A DNA stretch of 64,000 nt from Methanobacteriota archaeon (GCA_012729095.1 JAAYDU010000061.1:11779-75778); one strand, 5' to 3'; shown: positions 29,750 to 39,702, numbered from the stretch's first letter. Notes: generated by a model not told the origin, from the sequence alone. Numbers and translations are program-made.

Positions 29750-30202
29750 TCACTCCTTGACGCGCTTCTCCTTCTCGTAGAAGTCGTTGATGACCTCGTA
29801 ATCCATGGAGCGCTCGGCCATGAACCCATTGGTGAACTCCAAGGAGGTCTCCCTCACCTGGGGGTCCCACATGCCGTGCACGATCACGTGGACGATCAGC
29901 TCGCCCCGCTTCATGTTCGCGGAGCCGAAGCGGTTCTGAACCGTCGGTGGAATGTCCATGTCTATGAGGCTGACGGAGATGGTGGGGCCTCCCTCGGCGG
30001 TCAGGAAGGCCTTCACATGGCCGATCATGTCCGCCCCCCGGGCGAAGCATTCCCCGGTTATCCCGTTCATAAGGTCAAGCACCATTCTCTCCGAGCGTTC
30101 ACCGTCCAAAGGGTCCTCCGCGTAAAGCCGTAGCCACATGGAGAACTTACCCAGCTCGTCCGAGGCCCGGTGCGTGAGCAGCTGTCTTTCCTTCAGGTCC
30201 AT
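29750..30202 (-). CDS. Hypothetical protein associated with CobW-type GTPase (IGHVK motif)
   Basis: Co-oriented and tightly spaced between GTPase and UroD-like genes. Confidence 0.7.
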   Translation of the reverse strand: MDLKERQLLTHRASDELGKFSMWLRLYAEDPLDGERSERMVLDLMNGITGECFARGADMIGHVKAFLTAEGGPTISVSLIDMDIPPTVQNRFGSANMKRGELIVHVIVHGMWDPQVRETSLEFTNGFMAERSMDYEVINDFYEKEKRVKE

Positions 30203-30206
30203 CCGT

Positions 30207-30872
30207 TCACTCCCCGTACCTCTTGTCGAAGCGGTCCTCCGCCTCCGTCAGGTCGTACACCACCGCCTCTCCGTGCACCATTAGGTCGGCCACCTCCTTG
30301 ATGCCCTGCCCGGTGCGCGATGAGCCGTAGTAAAGCCGGACATCGGGGTTGAGCCCCCTGACCATCTCCGTGACCGTTCGCAGCCTCTCCTCCCCGACCG
30401 CGTCCACCTTGTTTATCAGCACGGCATCCGCCTCCACGATCTGGGTCTCTACCAGCCTGCGCACGTTGTTCATGAGCTTGTCGATGCGCAACGCGTCAAC
30501 GAAGGTCACTATCGGGGACTGTTCCAGCATCTTCGGCATCTTCTTCACCGTCTCCGCCGCGGCCTGGCGCAGGCCAAGGGGTATTGCCACTCCGGTAGGC
30601 TCCACCAGTATTATGTCCGGGCGATAGCTCATGTAAATGCCAGTGACGGTGGTGGTCAGGGTGCCCTGCACCTCGCAGCATATGCACCCGCCGGATATCT
30701 CCCGGGTGTTGATGCCGTGCACCTCCATGCACTTGCGGTCAACATTGATATGGCCAACGTCGTTCACTATGGTGGCCACCTTGAGCCCGCGCGTGTTGAG
30801 CTCCTTGGCCACCTCGATCAAGAATGTCGTCTTGCCGCTTCCCAAGAAACCTGTGACCTGGGCTATCCTCAT
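30207..30872 (-). CDS. CobW/HypB/UreG (G3E) metallochaperone GTPase
   Basis: GFLGSGKTT, GGCICC, VEPTG, INKVD. Confidence 0.92.
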   Translation of the reverse strand: MRIAQVTGFLGSGKTTFLIEVAKELNTRGLKVATIVNDVGHINVDRKCMEVHGINTREISGGCICCEVQGTLTTTVTGIYMSYRPDIILVEPTGVAIPLGLRQAAAETVKKMPKMLEQSPIVTFVDALRIDKLMNNVRRLVETQIVEADAVLINKVDAVGEERLRTVTEMVRGLNPDVRLYYGSSRTGQGIKEVADLMVHGEAVVYDLTEAEDRFDKRYGE

Positions 30873-31038
30873 GGTATCATTCCATCGCCGTTAAGGTCCT
30901 TACGGGTATAATTCCGTTGCCTCGCAGCGTGCATGGAGGGTCGCAAGGAACATGGGAAGCTGGATACCTCCGCAAAGTCCGAACCTCCGGGAACAGTATT
31001 ATAAATCCGACGAAAGCTTTCTCCCCACGAGGTTATCC

Positions 31039-32685
31039 ATGGCATTGGGAGTCGCGCTCGATTTGGGCACTAGCGGTTACCGGGGACACCTGGTAGATCT
31101 GGACAAGAAAGGTAAGATCCTGGCTACGGCCATTACCATGAGGCACCCGCTACCTGGGGCCAACATCATGGACCATTTGCACTTCTGGATGGAGAACGGT
31201 CCTGAGGTAGGCCATCGTATAGTCATCGAGACCGTGGACAAGCTGATCGGTACCTTGGGGGCCAAGCCAGAGGAGATCGAGAGGGTGTCCGTGTGCGGCA
31301 ACCCCGCGCAGATGTCCATGTTCGAGAAGATCGAGGTACGTGATCTGGCGTACGCCGGGCAATCCATACTCAAGAGGCTGAACGTCAAGATCCCCGAACG
31401 CAAGGCGCACTCCATCAAGGCCGAGGAGCTGGGAATGAACTCGGTGAGGCGCACCGCCGAGGTCAGGATACCTCCATCGATCCGCCACGAGATAGGAGCT
31501 GACGCTCTTGCCATGATCATGAAGACCGGGCTGATGGACAAGAAGGAGACCTGCCTGGTCACCGATTACGGCACCAACGCCGAGATGGGCCTGTTCTACA
31601 AGGGTGAACTGTACACTGGCTCCGCCGCTGCCGGGCCGGCCATGGAGGGGCAGTCCATCGACTTTGGGATGCTGGCCGCGCCCCAGGCCATTTCCGATAT
31701 CACACTGGGCGAGAACGGCAAATGGTACAACATAGTACTCAACGACAAGCTGCACCCGACAAAATCCTCATTGGTCGATCCACGCACCGGGGAAGAGCAG
31801 CGCCTTGACGGGGTAATAGCCCGCGGCATAACCGGAACAGGGACCGTGGCCGCCATGGCCGTAGGGTTGGAGACCGGCATCATCAAGCTGCCGTACGTGG
31901 ACACTCCGGACCACAAGATACATCTCACCAACGGCATACACTTCTGCGAGGAGGACGTCCGGGAGGCCGGCAAGGCCACCGGGGCCATACGCGCCGGGCA
32001 CCGCACCCTCATAGAGGAGGTGGGAGTGGATGAGCGCGATATCAAGACCATGTACATGGCCGGGGCCTCCGGTACCTACGTCGATCCTATCAAGGCGCAG
32101 ACCGTAGGGCTCATCCCCAGGATCCTGGAGAAGACCGTGCAGGCCGGGAACACCTCCCTCATGATGTCCTACGACATACTGGTGGACGATGACGGCCTGG
32201 ACAAGATGCAGGACGTGGCCAACGCCATTTCCAGCAAGCACATCATGTTCGCCACCAGCAAGGTTTTCGAGGACATATACGTCAACGAGATAGCCTACTG
32301 GACCGAGGGCATGTCCATGGAGATGTACAACGAGATGATCAAGCATGCCGGGCTTCGGCCGCTGCCTGACATCGTCCGTCCCAAGGAGACCATACGCCTG
32401 GTGTTGTCCGACATACCGGTGATCGGCGCTCGCGGACTGAAGACCTTGGACGATGTGGGCGTCTACCTCATGGGGTCCTTCGAGGGATGCATAGGCTGCA
32501 AGAAGTGCCAGAAGGAATGCCCCGAGTGCGCCCTGCAGGTATCGACCGTCGGCGAGAAGAAGTACCAGATCAGGATAAACACCGAGCACTGCTTGGGAAC
32601 GGCCTGCAAGAACTGCCAGTCCGTCTGTCCGGAAGGGGTCTTCGACTTCTCCGGTCTCAAGATAGTCAAGAAGGGAGAAGCTTAG
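31039..32685 (+). CDS. ramA: Corrinoid protein reductive activase RamA
   Basis: ALDLGTSGYR, HPLPGANIMDHL, DYGTNAE, SAAAGPA; C-terminal 2x[4Fe-4S] CIGCKKC...C and CLGTACKNC...CP. Confidence 0.92.
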   Translation: MALGVALDLGTSGYRGHLVDLDKKGKILATAITMRHPLPGANIMDHLHFWMENGPEVGHRIVIETVDKLIGTLGAKPEEIERVSVCGNPAQMSMFEKIEVRDLAYAGQSILKRLNVKIPERKAHSIKAEELGMNSVRRTAEVRIPPSIRHEIGADALAMIMKTGLMDKKETCLVTDYGTNAEMGLFYKGELYTGSAAAGPAMEGQSIDFGMLAAPQAISDITLGENGKWYNIVLNDKLHPTKSSLVDPRTGEEQRLDGVIARGITGTGTVAAMAVGLETGIIKLPYVDTPDHKIHLTNGIHFCEEDVREAGKATGAIRAGHRTLIEEVGVDERDIKTMYMAGASGTYVDPIKAQTVGLIPRILEKTVQAGNTSLMMSYDILVDDDGLDKMQDVANAISSKHIMFATSKVFEDIYVNEIAYWTEGMSMEMYNEMIKHAGLRPLPDIVRPKETIRLVLSDIPVIGARGLKTLDDVGVYLMGSFEGCIGCKKCQKECPECALQVSTVGEKKYQIRINTEHCLGTACKNCQSVCPEGVFDFSGLKIVKKGEA

Positions 32686-33531
32686 TTGAGGCTCACCTGC
32701 CTGGTAGAGGATAGCTCGGGCACCGCGAACCCCGGCATGTCCATTTCCAAGGCCGCCGGCAACTTCCTCGCCGAGCACGGCCTGTCCATACTGGTGGAGA
32801 CCGACAGGGGCAAGAAGGTGCTGCTCGACACCGGTACCTCGGAAAGGGCGTTCCTGAACAACATCGGCCTGATCGGCCTTAGACCGAAGGACATAGACCT
32901 GGTGTTCATCTCTCACGGACACTACGATCACCTGGGCGCTTTGCCTCTGCTTCTGAGGGAAGGGGTACCGGTGCACACCCACCCCCTGACCTTCCATGGC
33001 CGGCGCTTCTTCGGGACGCCCAGCTCGAAAAGGGACATAGGGCCTTCCGCGGAGCTCATAGCGCTACTGAAGGAGAACCCCCCGGTATGCGACGACCGGC
33101 CCAGGGAGCTGGTGACGGGGGTGAGCACCACCGGGGAGATCGCCAGGAGCACCGACTTCGAAGTTCCCGCCAACTTCCTCATCGAGAGGGGCGGCGTGAT
33201 CTCCCAGGACCTCATCCAAGAGGAGCAGGCGATATGCATATCCACCCGTAGGGGCCCCCTGGTGCTCACTGGCTGCGGACATCCCGGGGTCGTGAACATA
33301 TTGACCCAGGTCCGCTCCCGCAGCGATGGCGAGATCTTCATGCTGGCCGGCGGGTTCCACCTGTGGAAGGCCGGTCCGGACGTACTTCAGCGCACCGTGG
33401 AGGGGGTCAAGGGCGTCGGCGTGGAAAAGGTGGCACCGATGCACTGCACCGGGTTCGAGGCGACCAAGATGTTCTCGGACCGTTTCCCCGGCTTCGTCCT
33501 CATGGGCACTGGCTGTTCCATGGAGATCTAG
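32686..33531 (+). CDS. MBL-fold metallo-hydrolase (COG1237-like)
   Basis: AEHGLS, LLDTG, SHGHYDHLG, TGCGHPG, GGFHL, PMHCTG. Confidence 0.9.
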   Translation: MRLTCLVEDSSGTANPGMSISKAAGNFLAEHGLSILVETDRGKKVLLDTGTSERAFLNNIGLIGLRPKDIDLVFISHGHYDHLGALPLLLREGVPVHTHPLTFHGRRFFGTPSSKRDIGPSAELIALLKENPPVCDDRPRELVTGVSTTGEIARSTDFEVPANFLIERGGVISQDLIQEEQAICISTRRGPLVLTGCGHPGVVNILTQVRSRSDGEIFMLAGGFHLWKAGPDVLQRTVEGVKGVGVEKVAPMHCTGFEATKMFSDRFPGFVLMGTGCSMEI

Positions 33532-34412
33532 AGGTCCCTGGTCGCCTGCTCCATCATCATGTCGGCGAAGGTGGCCACGGGCAGGGCGCGCTTGGCGTAT
33601 TCCAGTGGTCCGTAGACGACGTGATCGGCCCCGGCAGCTATGGTGATGGCCACCGCCGAGCTGTCAACGCTTCGCCTGGCCTCCTTGGGGTCCTTCATTC
33701 CTTCCAGGTTCAGGCACTCCACCGCGTTGTGCAGCGCGCAGCCCGTGGGCAGCCCCCACTTGGCCTTGGCCACCAGAATGGAACGGAGGGCGGAACCGGC
33801 ACTGAGGTCCGGGGAGGTGACCGCGGTGTCCACCAGGACCTTCTCGATCCCCAGGTCCTCCGCCGTCTGTACCAGCCCCTGCGGTATCAGATCGTCCCCG
33901 TTCTCCAGCATGTATATCCTCCCCTTAACGTCGTCCCCGCGCGGGTTGAAGGCCAGCACGACCGCGTTGACCGGCGGGCAGGCGCGCAGGGCTTCCATCT
34001 CCTCGCCAGAGAGGCCGGCATTGATGGTGTTGTACACCACCCTGTCCAATATCCCCATCTCCCGCGCGCTCTTCAGGAAAGACAGGCGCACCTCGGAGCT
34101 GCCTGAATCGGCGAACAGCGGTCCCGGCACCGCGTCGCACACCGCCTCCAAGTAGGATCGGGCCGCCTCCTTGCTCTCGGCGTAGAGCATAAGGCCGGAG
34201 GGGCATTCGCAGCTCTTCACCAGATCGAGATGGTCGTTGAGCCGGTCCTTCAGCTTGACAAGGTCCAATGTGCCCTGTCGTGGGTCCAGGACCACCGAGT
34301 GCCGGGGATAGAAAAGCGAACCGACCATCATCGTCCTCCTCCTTCCAGGCTGCCCGCCGACCTTGACCCCCCCTATGACGTGCTCCCTTTGCGCGGTCTG
34401 GAACTTGTACAT
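33528..34412 (-). CDS. mtrH: MtrH-like pterin-binding methyltransferase
   Basis: MYKFQTAQ...GVKVGGQPG...GSLFY, YNTIN, KAKWGLPTG, YGP. Confidence 0.85.
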   Translation of the reverse strand: MYKFQTAQREHVIGGVKVGGQPGRRRTMMVGSLFYPRHSVVLDPRQGTLDLVKLKDRLNDHLDLVKSCECPSGLMLYAESKEAARSYLEAVCDAVPGPLFADSGSSEVRLSFLKSAREMGILDRVVYNTINAGLSGEEMEALRACPPVNAVVLAFNPRGDDVKGRIYMLENGDDLIPQGLVQTAEDLGIEKVLVDTAVTSPDLSAGSALRSILVAKAKWGLPTGCALHNAVECLNLEGMKDPKEARRSVDSSAVAITIAAGADHVVYGPLEYAKRALPVATFADMMMEQATRDL

Positions 34413-34413
34413 G

Positions 34414-35181
34414 TCAGACCCCCATAAGATAGGAGCGCATTCTCAGGGCCAGTTCCACCGAGGGCACGGTGATCATCCTTCCCTGCAGGGGCTCCAGAAG
34501 CACCCCGAACTCCTGGGAGACCACTATCATGCCCATGTCCGTGTTCAGTCCCTCGGAGGGGAGGCGCAGCATGGGGCTAATGAAGTCGTCCGAGGCCAGG
34601 TGCATCTGGCGGGCGATGCTCCCCCCATCTCCCGTCAGACCATTTGAACCAACGAGCAACCCTTCGCCGGGGTACGGTTCGTAGCTCCGCTCCGCCAGTG
34701 ACCGAAGAGTTCGCTCCAGCCGGTCCCTGCTCTCCGGCTCGAACTCGTATATTGGATCGTAAGCGGCTATCTCCTGGGGCGTGGTATCGTCCATGATGTC
34801 CACTAGCTCCACCTGCTCGCGGAAACGCTCTATGGCCTGCAGGGAAAGGTCGCATAGGAATGGGATGGCGGACCTGGTGTTCCGGATCCGCCGGTGCTCG
34901 TCCACGCCGTTCTCCATCAGAGCGTGCAAGGCCGCTCCCGGAAAGTGCCCGAACTCCTCCTTGCCGCAAAGCACCAGCACCCTCAACCGGGGGTTGGACA
35001 CGACGTTCATGATCACCTTCTCCAGACCGATGTTCTCAGTTTTCAGTATCCCCTTTATTCGGTAGAGTTCCGGCGGCACCTCCACCGCACCCCTGCCGAC
35101 TATCAGCACCGCGACATACGAACTCTCTTTGCCCAACACGTAATCGCCGCTGGCCACGGGCCATTCGTCCTTTCCCGCCAT
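34414..35181 (-). CDS. mtrA: MtrA-like corrinoid protein without membrane anchor
   Basis: WPVASGDYVLG, KTENIGLEKVIMNVVSNP, GH cobalt ligand, AIPF, IERFREQVELVD. Confidence 0.82.
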   Translation of the reverse strand: MAGKDEWPVASGDYVLGKESSYVAVLIVGRGAVEVPPELYRIKGILKTENIGLEKVIMNVVSNPRLRVLVLCGKEEFGHFPGAALHALMENGVDEHRRIRNTRSAIPFLCDLSLQAIERFREQVELVDIMDDTTPQEIAAYDPIYEFEPESRDRLERTLRSLAERSYEPYPGEGLLVGSNGLTGDGGSIARQMHLASDDFISPMLRLPSEGLNTDMGMIVVSQEFGVLLEPLQGRMITVPSVELALRMRSYLMGV

Positions 35182-35340
35182 TACCGTTCCCCTGGCGAAT
35201 TGAATTTGAACGATATATTAAACAATGTGTGGCCAGCTATCACCCGTTAACCCGTTCCTGCATAAGAAGGCCGGATCCGATGGTCCGAGGATAACCGTTT
35301 TATACCGCCATTTTTGTAATACGCGACAGGAAGGGATGAA

Positions 35341-36066
35341 ATGGGAGTATCAATAGCCATTTGCGAGACAGACAGCGACAGTGCCTTGTGCAAGGTCGGG
35401 AAGACAACGCTGCTGAAGGTGAACCTGAAGGACGTAGCGGGCTTCGAGGACATCGCCGAGTTCGACCTGGTGGTGCCAGCAAGCCAGGCCAAGCTGGTGC
35501 TGGGCGCTGAATGGGAGGCGTTCCTGAAGCGGAACCGCCTGGACCCCGAGCTGGGATCGCTGTACCTGGAGAAGGTGAAGAACGAGGCGGACCGAGCCCT
35601 GCTCACCGCCGAGAGCCAGAAGCTCTATACCGGATGGATATCCCTGGACAAGGTCCCGGCCGAGCGCATGTCCGACCTGATGGACAGGGCCGGCAAGGAC
35701 GACCGGCTGACCGGTTGGGACATGCTGTCCTTCGATGAGATGTCCGACACCTGCAAGAGGTGCCCACTGTCTTGGGACGAGGGAAGGGGTTGCATGGGCA
35801 CGTTCGGCCCGGAGAGCAGCGCCCTGCCCGGCATAGCTCAGAAGTATGGATGTGCCATAGTTGCCAGCGTCCCTTCCTCCGTGGAAAGCAGGAAGGCGTT
35901 CTCCGTGGAGGACGCCGGCAAGCTCCTGGAGGAGGTCAAAGTGCTGAGGGAGAAGCTGCCGGACGAGGGCAAGGTCATGGTTCGCCGCTACTCCGGGGTT
36001 CTGGACCGGTTGGAGAAGATGGGGAACACGTGCATCACGTACAAGACCCGGTTCTACTTCCTCTAG
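35341..36066 (+). CDS. Hypothetical protein with Cys cluster (CKRCPLS...CMG...C)
   Basis: Long ORF with host-like codon usage, T-rich tract after. Confidence 0.75.
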   Translation: MGVSIAICETDSDSALCKVGKTTLLKVNLKDVAGFEDIAEFDLVVPASQAKLVLGAEWEAFLKRNRLDPELGSLYLEKVKNEADRALLTAESQKLYTGWISLDKVPAERMSDLMDRAGKDDRLTGWDMLSFDEMSDTCKRCPLSWDEGRGCMGTFGPESSALPGIAQKYGCAIVASVPSSVESRKAFSVEDAGKLLEEVKVLREKLPDEGKVMVRRYSGVLDRLEKMGNTCITYKTRFYFL

Positions 36067-36112
36067 ACCGAAACCCTTTTTTTCACATTTTTCCATTGTT
36101 TTCCGAACCGAG

Positions 36113-36394
36113 ATGAGCGACGAACCACCACGAACGAACTGTTTAGGATGCAGCACCGGCCTCTCGATCAGCGAGGGGGAGATGATACTGGTGAACGGTC
36201 AGCTAACGGAGATCAAAGGTCTGGACGAGATCATGGAAGAGGTACGCAAGCTCAAGCTCCAGAAACGGAAGGATATCGCCGATGGGCTGCTGGAAAGAAC
36301 GCAAGCGCGCAACCCTGTTCCAGAGGGATCGGAGCGGCAGTACCGCGACGCGCTGATGGACGAGTACGACCGGCGCTATCTCACCGTGATGTGA
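36113..36394 (+). CDS. Small hypothetical protein with N-terminal CxxC
   Basis: 93-aa ORF filling the gap; abuts stop of convergent gene. Confidence 0.65.
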   Translation: MSDEPPRTNCLGCSTGLSISEGEMILVNGQLTEIKGLDEIMEEVRKLKLQKRKDIADGLLERTQARNPVPEGSERQYRDALMDEYDRRYLTVM

Positions 36395-37387
36395 TCACGC
36401 CGTCACGCGCAGGTTGAGGTTCAGGCTCTGCACCTCGTTCTCCACCGCACCCAATATCCTTTCCTCGGCGGAGGTGCCCGTGAAATCGAGCATCGGCAGC
36501 GGGGCGTAGGGGAGGGATGGAACGCCGTCCGCGTAGAGGAGGAACCACAGCTTGTAGTTGCCCTCCAAGCTCACATTGAAATCGTAGGGTACCTCCCATT
36601 GCGCCTCCCACTCTCCCTCCAGGTCAACGTCGGTGTGCTCCAGGGTCACGTTGAACGAATCAAAGTAGTACATAGCGTGGACCTGCGTCACGTTTTCCAC
36701 GAAGCTCATGTTCACCAGCCACAACTCCACGGTGTAGTCCACGGTCCGGTGCTCGTGGTTGGCGATGCCGATGATTATGGACGCGTCCTCCCCCACGGTC
36801 AGGTTCCTGGGGTACCCGGTGGCATTGCCACCCGGTCCAAGAACGTAGAACTCCGTGAAGCTCTCGCCCTGCCGAGGGACGGCCACCACGTAAACCAGTG
36901 CGATGACGGACGACAGTATGGATATCACCAGGACCACGGTCAGCAGCTTGTCCACGCCCTTCTCCGCCCTGAACTGCGCGGAGTATCTCTTCCACACGGC
37001 GGCGGGATCGAACGGGAGGTATGGCTTTTTGGCCATGTCCCTTCGGAACAGCCCCCCGGCGCTTAGGGCCACGTTCAACGCGGCCAACGAGAACAGTATC
37101 GGGGCTAGCCGGATCCCGAAAGGCGTGTAGTTCAGGCCGAAACCGACCAGCGGGGATATGGCGATGCTGAGGCCGAAAGACAGTGCCACCCTCTCTATGA
37201 TCTCCAGGTCCTTGCCCTCCGGGAACAGCACAGAGAGCGCCGCGTAGCCTGGGAAGAACAGTATGAACGGGAGCCCGATGACGATGCGCAGCGCGCTGTC
37301 CGGCAACGCGTATATCACCAATATGAGTATCAGGGACAGGATGCCGATGGACCAAAGGTCCCAGTCCCTCCTGGGCTGCGCTCTCAT
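36395..37387 (-). CDS. DUF1616 family membrane protein
   Basis: LFFPGYA...LFP...ERVALSFGLSI, ESFTEFYVLG, YP, IANHE; start placed at MRAQP. Confidence 0.88.
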   Translation of the reverse strand: MRAQPRRDWDLWSIGILSLILILVIYALPDSALRIVIGLPFILFFPGYAALSVLFPEGKDLEIIERVALSFGLSIAISPLVGFGLNYTPFGIRLAPILFSLAALNVALSAGGLFRRDMAKKPYLPFDPAAVWKRYSAQFRAEKGVDKLLTVVLVISILSSVIALVYVVAVPRQGESFTEFYVLGPGGNATGYPRNLTVGEDASIIIGIANHEHRTVDYTVELWLVNMSFVENVTQVHAMYYFDSFNVTLEHTDVDLEGEWEAQWEVPYDFNVSLEGNYKLWFLLYADGVPSLPYAPLPMLDFTGTSAEERILGAVENEVQSLNLNLRVTA

Positions 37388-37483
37388 CCCTATCGGGGAG
37401 TGAGTGAGCGTATTTATCCATTTGCGACCCTTTCTCATCGATTGACCAGTTATTAATAATCCGTGCGGCATTCCAGCCTTGCC

Positions 37484-38308
37484 ATGTCCATCTGCGAGCT
37501 CTTCGACCTTGAGGAAATTAGGATGATCGAGATGAACTTCCAGGACGTGTCCAACGAGGCCCTGCTGGTCCACATGCTGCGCGGGGGCAGCGAGGCGCGC
37601 CTGCTGATCAGCCAGGACGAGGTCCCCCTGGCGATGGCCAGGGAGGACGATGGCTGGAAGGTCGTTAGCTTCCTCTGGAAGGAACCGTCCGAGGAACTGA
37701 TCGAATCGCTCCCGGAACTGGACATAAAGGTGTATACCTGCGACACCGAGACCTACCGGGAAGCCGTGTACGACCATTTCTCCCGTATGATGCTTCAGGA
37801 GTTGGAACCGGCCATGGAGGACGTGCCCCATGACCGGACCAAGAAGGTGTCCGATCTGGTCTGGAAGGAGTGGAACTTCAAGCCAGGTGACCTCTGCTAC
37901 GATTGCTGCTGCGGTTCCGGAGTGGGCAGCCTGGCATTGTCCAAGGTGGGTATGAGGGCCTTCTCCTTCGACATAGACGGGTCCCTTCTCTGCCGGGGCC
38001 TCAAGCAGGGAAGGCTGCAGACCTACAGCACCGTGCAGATGGACGCCACCAAGGCCTCTCAATACCTGGAACGGGCGCATTTCGCCCTCATGCTGATGGC
38101 CGGCGACATCGGACCGGGGACGTCATGGGTGTGGCAGGCGATATTCGAGCAGGTTTTGCAGCTGGCGGACCACGTCATGGTCACGGTCGGCACCAAGGAG
38201 GAGGCGGAGCAGCTCAGGGCCTGGTCGGAGGCCAAGGGAAGGAGCTCCCGCGTCTTCGAGAACCCCCGGGACAAGTTCTACGACCGTTGGGTGCTAGTGG
38301 CGGATTAA
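37484..38308 (+). CDS. Hypothetical protein with class I SAM-methyltransferase-like domain
   Basis: YDCCCGSGVGS motif I-like, FDID, MDA. Confidence 0.7.
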   Translation: MSICELFDLEEIRMIEMNFQDVSNEALLVHMLRGGSEARLLISQDEVPLAMAREDDGWKVVSFLWKEPSEELIESLPELDIKVYTCDTETYREAVYDHFSRMMLQELEPAMEDVPHDRTKKVSDLVWKEWNFKPGDLCYDCCCGSGVGSLALSKVGMRAFSFDIDGSLLCRGLKQGRLQTYSTVQMDATKASQYLERAHFALMLMAGDIGPGTSWVWQAIFEQVLQLADHVMVTVGTKEEAEQLRAWSEAKGRSSRVFENPRDKFYDRWVLVAD

Positions 38309-38364
38309 GGCCGGCCTACAAACCTTTTATCTATTCCTTTGGGCCTTTTCTATCAGGTGTTAAT

Positions 38365-39072
38365 TTGACCGACTACGCGAAATGCTCCCAGGTCATCAAG
38401 GACGTGCTGGGAATAGATAACGAGCCGGTGGCGGTCACCCTGGTAAAGAAGGGTCAGACCCTTCCCGAGGGCTACAAGGTCCCGGAGAAGAACATCCGCC
38501 ACTGCCAATCGATCATGAGGGCCAGGAGAGGGGAGAAGTTGCTTTTGACCGGCGACAAGCACGCCTGTCACGTGGGCGCCTCGGCCCTTGGCCTGGTGCC
38601 AATACCCGACAAGGTCAAGACGGGGGAGTTCCATTATAACATCGGTCTCTTCGACTCCCCCGCGGCGGCCAAGAAGATGATAGAGGAACGCCCTGAGCTG
38701 GAATGCGGGAGCGTGGTGGCCACGGCCATCTCTCCTCTGAGCAAGACCGAGATACCTCCCGATGTGGTCATCGTTACGGGCATGCCAGAGCAGATATACT
38801 GGCTGCTGCCGGTCGCCGCTAAGTTCAAGGAGGGCGGGGAGGTAACGGTGAAGCTGGAACCTTTCCAGGCCAGCTGCGCCTATTCTACCGTGTACCCATA
38901 CAAGAGCAACAGCCTGAGCATGTCCATTGGATGCTACGGGTGCCGTCGCTCCACGGACCTGGAACCCTCCGAGATGCTGGTAGGCATTCCCGCCACCAAG
39001 CTGGAGGAAGTGGTGGAGATACTGGACAAGATAAGGGCTCAAAGAGAGAAGGGCAAGGTCAAGACCGGTTGA
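38365..39072 (+). CDS. DUF169 family protein
   Basis: EPVAV, RHCQ, HACHVGASALG, PDVVIV, CYGCR; TTG start after AGGTG. Confidence 0.85.
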   Translation: MTDYAKCSQVIKDVLGIDNEPVAVTLVKKGQTLPEGYKVPEKNIRHCQSIMRARRGEKLLLTGDKHACHVGASALGLVPIPDKVKTGEFHYNIGLFDSPAAAKKMIEERPELECGSVVATAISPLSKTEIPPDVVIVTGMPEQIYWLLPVAAKFKEGGEVTVKLEPFQASCAYSTVYPYKSNSLSMSIGCYGCRRSTDLEPSEMLVGIPATKLEEVVEILDKIRAQREKGKVKTG

Positions 39073-39180
39073 ACAAAACGATTTTCTAAACATTTTTTTA
39101 TTTTTCGCATATAATTGGAACAAAGGTCCAAATATGACCGAAATCCATAGACTTTTTGCAAATAATTTGCAGGAACCATC

Positions 39181-39660
39181 ATGGACGTTATAGACCTCAA
39201 GATATTGAGGATGCTTAGGAAGAACGCCCGGGAGAATCTGGGGACCATCGGTGATGAGATGGGCGTTTCCAAGGCCACGGTCAGCAGGCGCATATCCCGT
39301 CTTGAGGAGGAGGGCTATGTCAACGCCTACACCATGCAGGTGAACACGGGCAAGATGGGGTTGATGAGGGCGCTGATCGGGCTGCAGGTGGTGGGGTCGC
39401 CACTGAGCTCGGTCATCGACGAGCTGAAGAAGTTTCCTGGGGTGCAGTACGTCCACAAGGTGTTCGGAGACCATTCCCTCATTTGCGAGGTGTACTCGAC
39501 CAGCGTCGACAGTCTGTACGACCTCATACAGGACAAGATCGTGAGCATTCCAAGCGTTCAGAGGGTGGAGGTCGACATACTCATCGAGAGGATACCAATA
39601 AACGAGGATGCCATGTTCGATCTGGCCTTGCCGATCACTGAGAGCTCGTCCCGGGACTGA
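39181..39660 (+). CDS. Lrp/AsnC family regulator
   Basis: MDVIDLKILRMLRKNAR...TVSRRISRLEEEG. Confidence 0.92.
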   Translation: MDVIDLKILRMLRKNARENLGTIGDEMGVSKATVSRRISRLEEEGYVNAYTMQVNTGKMGLMRALIGLQVVGSPLSSVIDELKKFPGVQYVHKVFGDHSLICEVYSTSVDSLYDLIQDKIVSIPSVQRVEVDILIERIPINEDAMFDLALPITESSSRD

Positions 39661-39702
39661 GCACGCGTAACCTTTTAGACAGCTTGCACGATTTCCCCTT
39701 CC

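Noticed and set aside
36395-38080. 561-aa extended DUF1616 ORF, and similar upstream extensions of rtcB, mtaA, DUF169, atwA and mmp7
   Set aside because: Extensions overlap other genes or promoters; homology and RBS indicate downstream starts.
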